Shown here: in pieces, positions 25,832 to 28,889 of the stretch | Numbering within the stretch: the first letter of the stretch is position 1 | Layout of the letters: each line of letters opens with the position of its first letter | NCBI RefSeq assembly: GCF_035285525.1 | Contig: NZ_JAYKGW010000110.1 | Coordinates: 1-28,889 of the forward strand | Source of the DNA: Okeania sp. | Lineage (GTDB): Bacteria > Cyanobacteriota > Cyanobacteriia > Cyanobacteriales > Microcoleaceae | Reading direction: 5' to 3' | Length of the DNA stretch: 28,889 nucleotides | Notes under the pieces: generated by a model | The model's input: only the letters and a program-made list of their open reading frames with translations | What the model was told of the DNA's origin: nothing | The model's database searches: none | Program-made: the position numbers and the translations under genes

Positions 25832-25982
25832 TCTTATGTAGGTTTGATAGCAGCTAATAGTTATAGCAAATTTTAAACATTAAGAAGTAGAAATATTAAC
25901 CTTAAAACTCTAGTAACACAGCCTTCTAGGCTGTCAAAATTCTACCTGAAAGATATGAAATATGCTGTATCCAATTATTTAA
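25832..25982 (+). repeat. Tandem element copy 2 (core 25872-25982)
   Basis: See copy 1. The offset is ~241 nt. Confidence 0.85.
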
Positions 25983-26139
25983 TTACATTTCTTGAATACT
26001 TTTTCTTTCGTCTACGTCCATTATTTTTGATGATATAAAAATTGTTTATTTGGTTCAATAAATCTTTGAATAATAGAATCTATAAATTTTGAAGAAAGCC
26101 AAAAATTTATCCCTTTTAGGGAAAAGGGAGTATCTCATT

Positions 26140-26186
26140 AATGGATAATGGATAATTACCTCTAGTTAAAATCTATCCATTATCCA
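26140..26186. repeat. Hairpin with a 14-bp perfect stem (ATGGATAATGGATA / TATCCATTATCCAT, 19-nt loop)
   Basis: Read directly. Each arm is itself a tandem TGGATAA-type heptamer pair. An adjacent 7-bp hairpin ccctttt-aggg-aaaaggg lies at 26110-26127. Confidence 0.8.
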
Positions 26187-26230
26187 TGTCTCTACTTCAG
26201 ATACAGGGGATTCTCAAGTTTATGTTGTAT

Positions 26231-26310
26231 AAATATTAATGATAAAAACTTTGTAACAAAGCCTTCTAAGCTGTCATAGCTATACCATACTAAGATCGAA
26301 TCCGCTGTAA
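26231..26310 (+). repeat. Diverged third copy of the 25.6-kb tandem element core
   Basis: aaatattaatgataaaaactttgtaacaaagccttctaagctgtcatagctatacc...gctgta is colinear with gaaatattaaccttaaaactctagtaacacagccttctaggctgtcaaaattctacc...gctgta. Confidence 0.6.
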
Positions 26311-26544
26311 AATTTGACAAAACTCTTGACACCTAACTCCTAGTCTGATAGTAAATTTTGACGTGGGGAATCTAGGTATCAAGGTTTTAGCCTTCTTTTG
26401 CTGTAAAAAAGTTCCCATATTTTTAGGATATAAGGTTTGAAAAACTTTAGTTTAAATCTGAAAAAAGTAAGCTGTTAAGCACTTAAACCTCATATTTAAA
26501 GACTACTTTTGACCTTATTATCTGCACATAGTACCATGAAGCCT

Positions 26545-27888
26545 TTATCCACTCAATGAAGGCAAGAAATTAACAATCTCAGGAAAAATAATAATCAAGA
26601 CCAAAACTAATAACTGAAGTAGGATGAACTGAATAGCTCCTCGGTATATTTGACCAGTAGTAACTTCCGATGGAGCTACACCCCGCAAATAAAAAAGGGC
26701 AAAACCAAAGGGAGGCGTTAAAAAAGATGCTTGAAGATTAGCGCCCAAAATTACACCATACCAGACCAAGTCAATACCAAGCTTTTGAGCAACAGGAACA
26801 AATAAAGGTACAACAATAAAAGCAATCTCAAAAAAGTCAATAAAAAAACCAAGAAAAAAAACAATCGCCATACTGACAACTAAAAAACCAGTTGTACCCC
26901 CAGGAAGATTAGCAAGTAAATCAAACATAAAGCGATCGCCTTCCACTCCCCGAAAAACCAAACTAAAAGCAGTTGACCCCAAAAGTATAAACATTACCAT
27001 AGTCGTTGTGCGGAGAGTCACATCACATACATTTCTTAAAGCAGTCCAACTAAACTTAGCATTACCCACAGCTAGAGCGATCGCCCCCACACACCCTACA
27101 GCACCTGCTTCAGTTGGTGTCGCAATACCAAAAAATATACTACCCAAAACCAATAAAATCAAAACTAATGGTGGAATCATTACTGTTAGCACCCTTAGCA
27201 GTAGATTTTTTCCTCCAATTTTTCTTATCTCTGGTGGTAAAGCAGGAGCTAAATCTGGTCTTATAAAAGAAACAATCAAAACATGAAGAGCAAAAGTTCC
27301 TGCCATTATTAAACCAGGCAAAACAGAACCAATAAACAAATCTCCAACAGAAATTCCCAGTTGGTCTGCCAATACAACCAAAACTACACTAGGAGGAATA
27401 ATCTGACCCAAAGTCCCCGATGCGACAATTACACCTGTAGCCAACTCTTTATTATATCCATAGCGCAACATAATAGGCAAAGAAATTAACCCCATGGCCA
27501 CCACCGTAGCAGCAACCACCCCAGTAGTAGCAGCCAAAAGAGCGCCCACAATCACAACCGCCAGAGCCAAACCACCTCTAACTCGCCCAAACAATATTCC
27601 CATCGTTTCTAGGAGTTGTTCCGCAATGCCAGATTTTTCCAACATTGCCCCCATAAAAATAAAGTAGGGTATGGCTAATAAAGTATAGTTGGCCATAATG
27701 CCAAAAATTCTTTGGGGCATTGCCGTCAGAAATATAGGGTCAAAAACTCCTAAACCAATACCTATTGCACCAAAGATTATTGCTACTCCACCTAAAGAAA
27801 AAGCTACAGGATAACCTAGAGAAAGTAACACCAATGCTCCGGCAAACATTAATGGCCCTAAAAATTCAGATTCAAAACTCAGACTCAT
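26545..27888 (-). CDS. dctM: TRAP transporter large permease subunit
   Basis: 447 aa, polytopic and very hydrophobic. It has DctM-like segments such as GIAEQLLETM and ASGTLGQIIPPS. Confidence 0.9.
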   Translation of the reverse strand: MSLSFESEFLGPLMFAGALVLLSLGYPVAFSLGGVAIIFGAIGIGLGVFDPIFLTAMPQRIFGIMANYTLLAIPYFIFMGAMLEKSGIAEQLLETMGILFGRVRGGLALAVVIVGALLAATTGVVAATVVAMGLISLPIMLRYGYNKELATGVIVASGTLGQIIPPSVVLVVLADQLGISVGDLFIGSVLPGLIMAGTFALHVLIVSFIRPDLAPALPPEIRKIGGKNLLLRVLTVMIPPLVLILLVLGSIFFGIATPTEAGAVGCVGAIALAVGNAKFSWTALRNVCDVTLRTTTMVMFILLGSTAFSLVFRGVEGDRFMFDLLANLPGGTTGFLVVSMAIVFFLGFFIDFFEIAFIVVPLFVPVAQKLGIDLVWYGVILGANLQASFLTPPFGFALFYLRGVAPSEVTTGQIYRGAIQFILLQLLVLVLIIIFPEIVNFLPSLSG

Positions 27889-27999
27889 CAGACTCTTAAA
27901 AAAAATATACTTAAAAACCGAACAATTATAATTCAGGAGTAACTTTGGCTCCCGACGTATTAATAATGTTTTTTTGAAAAAATCTGATTAGATTTGTGG

Positions 28000-28566
28000 T
28001 TAGTCCTTATCGAGAGATAATTTAGATTTACTTGTAAAGACCGCAAAATTCTTAATCGCTTCAGAAATTCCTTGCAAAAATAATAATACGAAGCTAATTA
28101 TAATCATTGTTTTAATTGGGTAACGGGGTAATCCACCAGGATCGGGAGAATTTTCAAGGATAGCCCACGAATTTAAAACAGCACCCCAAGAAACTATGAC
28201 CACAATAATACTGAAGGGAATCAAAAATAATAATGTACCAATTAGATTAGCTAAAGCCTTTCTTTTGGGACTCCACCGAGTATAAAAAATATCTACACGA
28301 ACGTGTTCATTATGTTTCAGAGCATAAGCACCACCCAAAAGAAAAACCAGGTCAAAGAGATACCACTGAATTTCAATAAAAGCATTAGAAGTTAAATTTT
28401 GGCCAATAGCTCTACCTAGATAGCGTCCAATTACATTCCAAAGACCAACTAGGACCATTAATATGACTAACCCATAAGTTAGACGTCCAATTGACTCATT
28501 TAAACGATCGATTATCCGGGACAAACGTAGGAGTATTTGCAATAGTCCCCCTCCTATAGCTTCCAA
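28000..28566 (-). CDS. dctQ: TRAP transporter small permease subunit
   Basis: 188 aa with four hydrophobic segments and NEHVRVDIFY, typical of DctQ. Only a TTG start (28564-28566) is available upstream of the conserved LLRLSRIIDRLNE region. Confidence 0.8.
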   Translation of the reverse strand: MEAIGGGLLQILLRLSRIIDRLNESIGRLTYGLVILMVLVGLWNVIGRYLGRAIGQNLTSNAFIEIQWYLFDLVFLLGGAYALKHNEHVRVDIFYTRWSPKRKALANLIGTLLFLIPFSIIVVIVSWGAVLNSWAILENSPDPGGLPRYPIKTMIIISFVLLFLQGISEAIKNFAVFTSKSKLSLDKD

Positions 28567-28816
28567 ATTAAGATTATGGACATTTAGTTAAGTCTAAATC
28601 AACATTTATCTCTAAATTAGAATAACCCGTGTAGCGCAATTATCTAAAAATCCAAATTTAAAAAAATAAAAAAAATGGTAGATTTTGGCAAAAATTTTAC
28701 TGCTGCCAAATTTTTTTGAAAAATTTTCAAGCCACGAAAAGCTTATAAATAGAAGACTTAAGCTAATTCACTACAACTAAAAAAAATAATTTTCCGGAAA
28801 ACTTTGAAAAAAGGGG

Positions 28817-28845
28817 TTGACATTCCAAGAAGGAGTTGCTAGATT
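28817..28845 (+). promoter_or_regulatory. Consensus sigma-70-type promoter pointing out of the window (TTGACA - 17 nt - TAGATT)
   Basis: -35 TTGACA lies at 28817-28822, followed by a 17-nt spacer and -10 TAGATT at 28840-28845. It is preceded by ~200 nt of phased A-tracts (UP-element-like). The downstream target lies outside the window. Confidence 0.5.
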
Positions 28846-28889
28846 AGTAAATGTGCCGGTGAGGGAGACGAAACAAACCTCGAATCTCA

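Noticed and set aside
1803-27286. Short track ORFs lying antisense or out of frame inside long, well-supported genes: 1803-1991, 1919-2104, 5393-5617, 6526-6777, 8531-8776, 8925-9119, 9227-9421, 10228-10428, 10948-11313, 11243-11548, 13678-13863, 15761-15973, 17509-17730, 20136-20318 and 27008-27286.
   Set aside because: Each is fully contained in a gene with clear family motifs on the other strand or frame. They have low-complexity, unrecognisable translations and no start context, so they are shadow ORFs.
28846-28889. Calling the sequence after the right-edge promoter an rRNA-operon leader or a specific ncRNA.
   Set aside because: Only 44 nt are available, with no recognisable conserved RNA signature such as a tRNA arm or a 16S start.

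Overview
This is an AT-rich cyanobacterial chromosome segment. It carries HIP1 octamers (GCGATCGC), heptameric STRR-type tandem arrays and gun4, which best fits a filamentous Nostocales-type genome. Core genes are a serC-like aminotransferase plus O-methyltransferase operon, ileS, dxs, a GT2 glycosyltransferase, an HpsJ-like membrane protein, a LuxR-type response regulator, a heptose-1-P adenylyltransferase-like gene, gun4 and TRAP dctQM. The first ~7.1 kb is an accessory defence/TA island. It holds a decayed PIN toxin gene with a small partner, and a Dam-class methyltransferase overlapped by an unclassified PD-(D/E)XK protein. It also holds a tightly trimmed 3.5-kb cassette (NYN-RNase, restriction endonuclease, gamma-type methyltransferase). 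That cassette sits between 69-bp direct repeats of the 3' end of the first R gene, the pattern called insertion with long target duplication. A remnant of the Dam gene 5' end follows it. A second accessory islet (12.7-17.2 kb, between ileS and dxs) carries four nuclease-fold genes, one with an in-frame stop, separated by MITEs. Intergenic DNA is saturated with at least three MITE/small-palindrome families, and one gives a filled-site/empty-site pair inside this window. A tandem ~110-150-nt element array lies downstream of gun4, and an outward-facing consensus promoter lies at the right edge. I saw no tRNA, rRNA or CRISPR array. All family calls come from motifs read by eye, with no database search.
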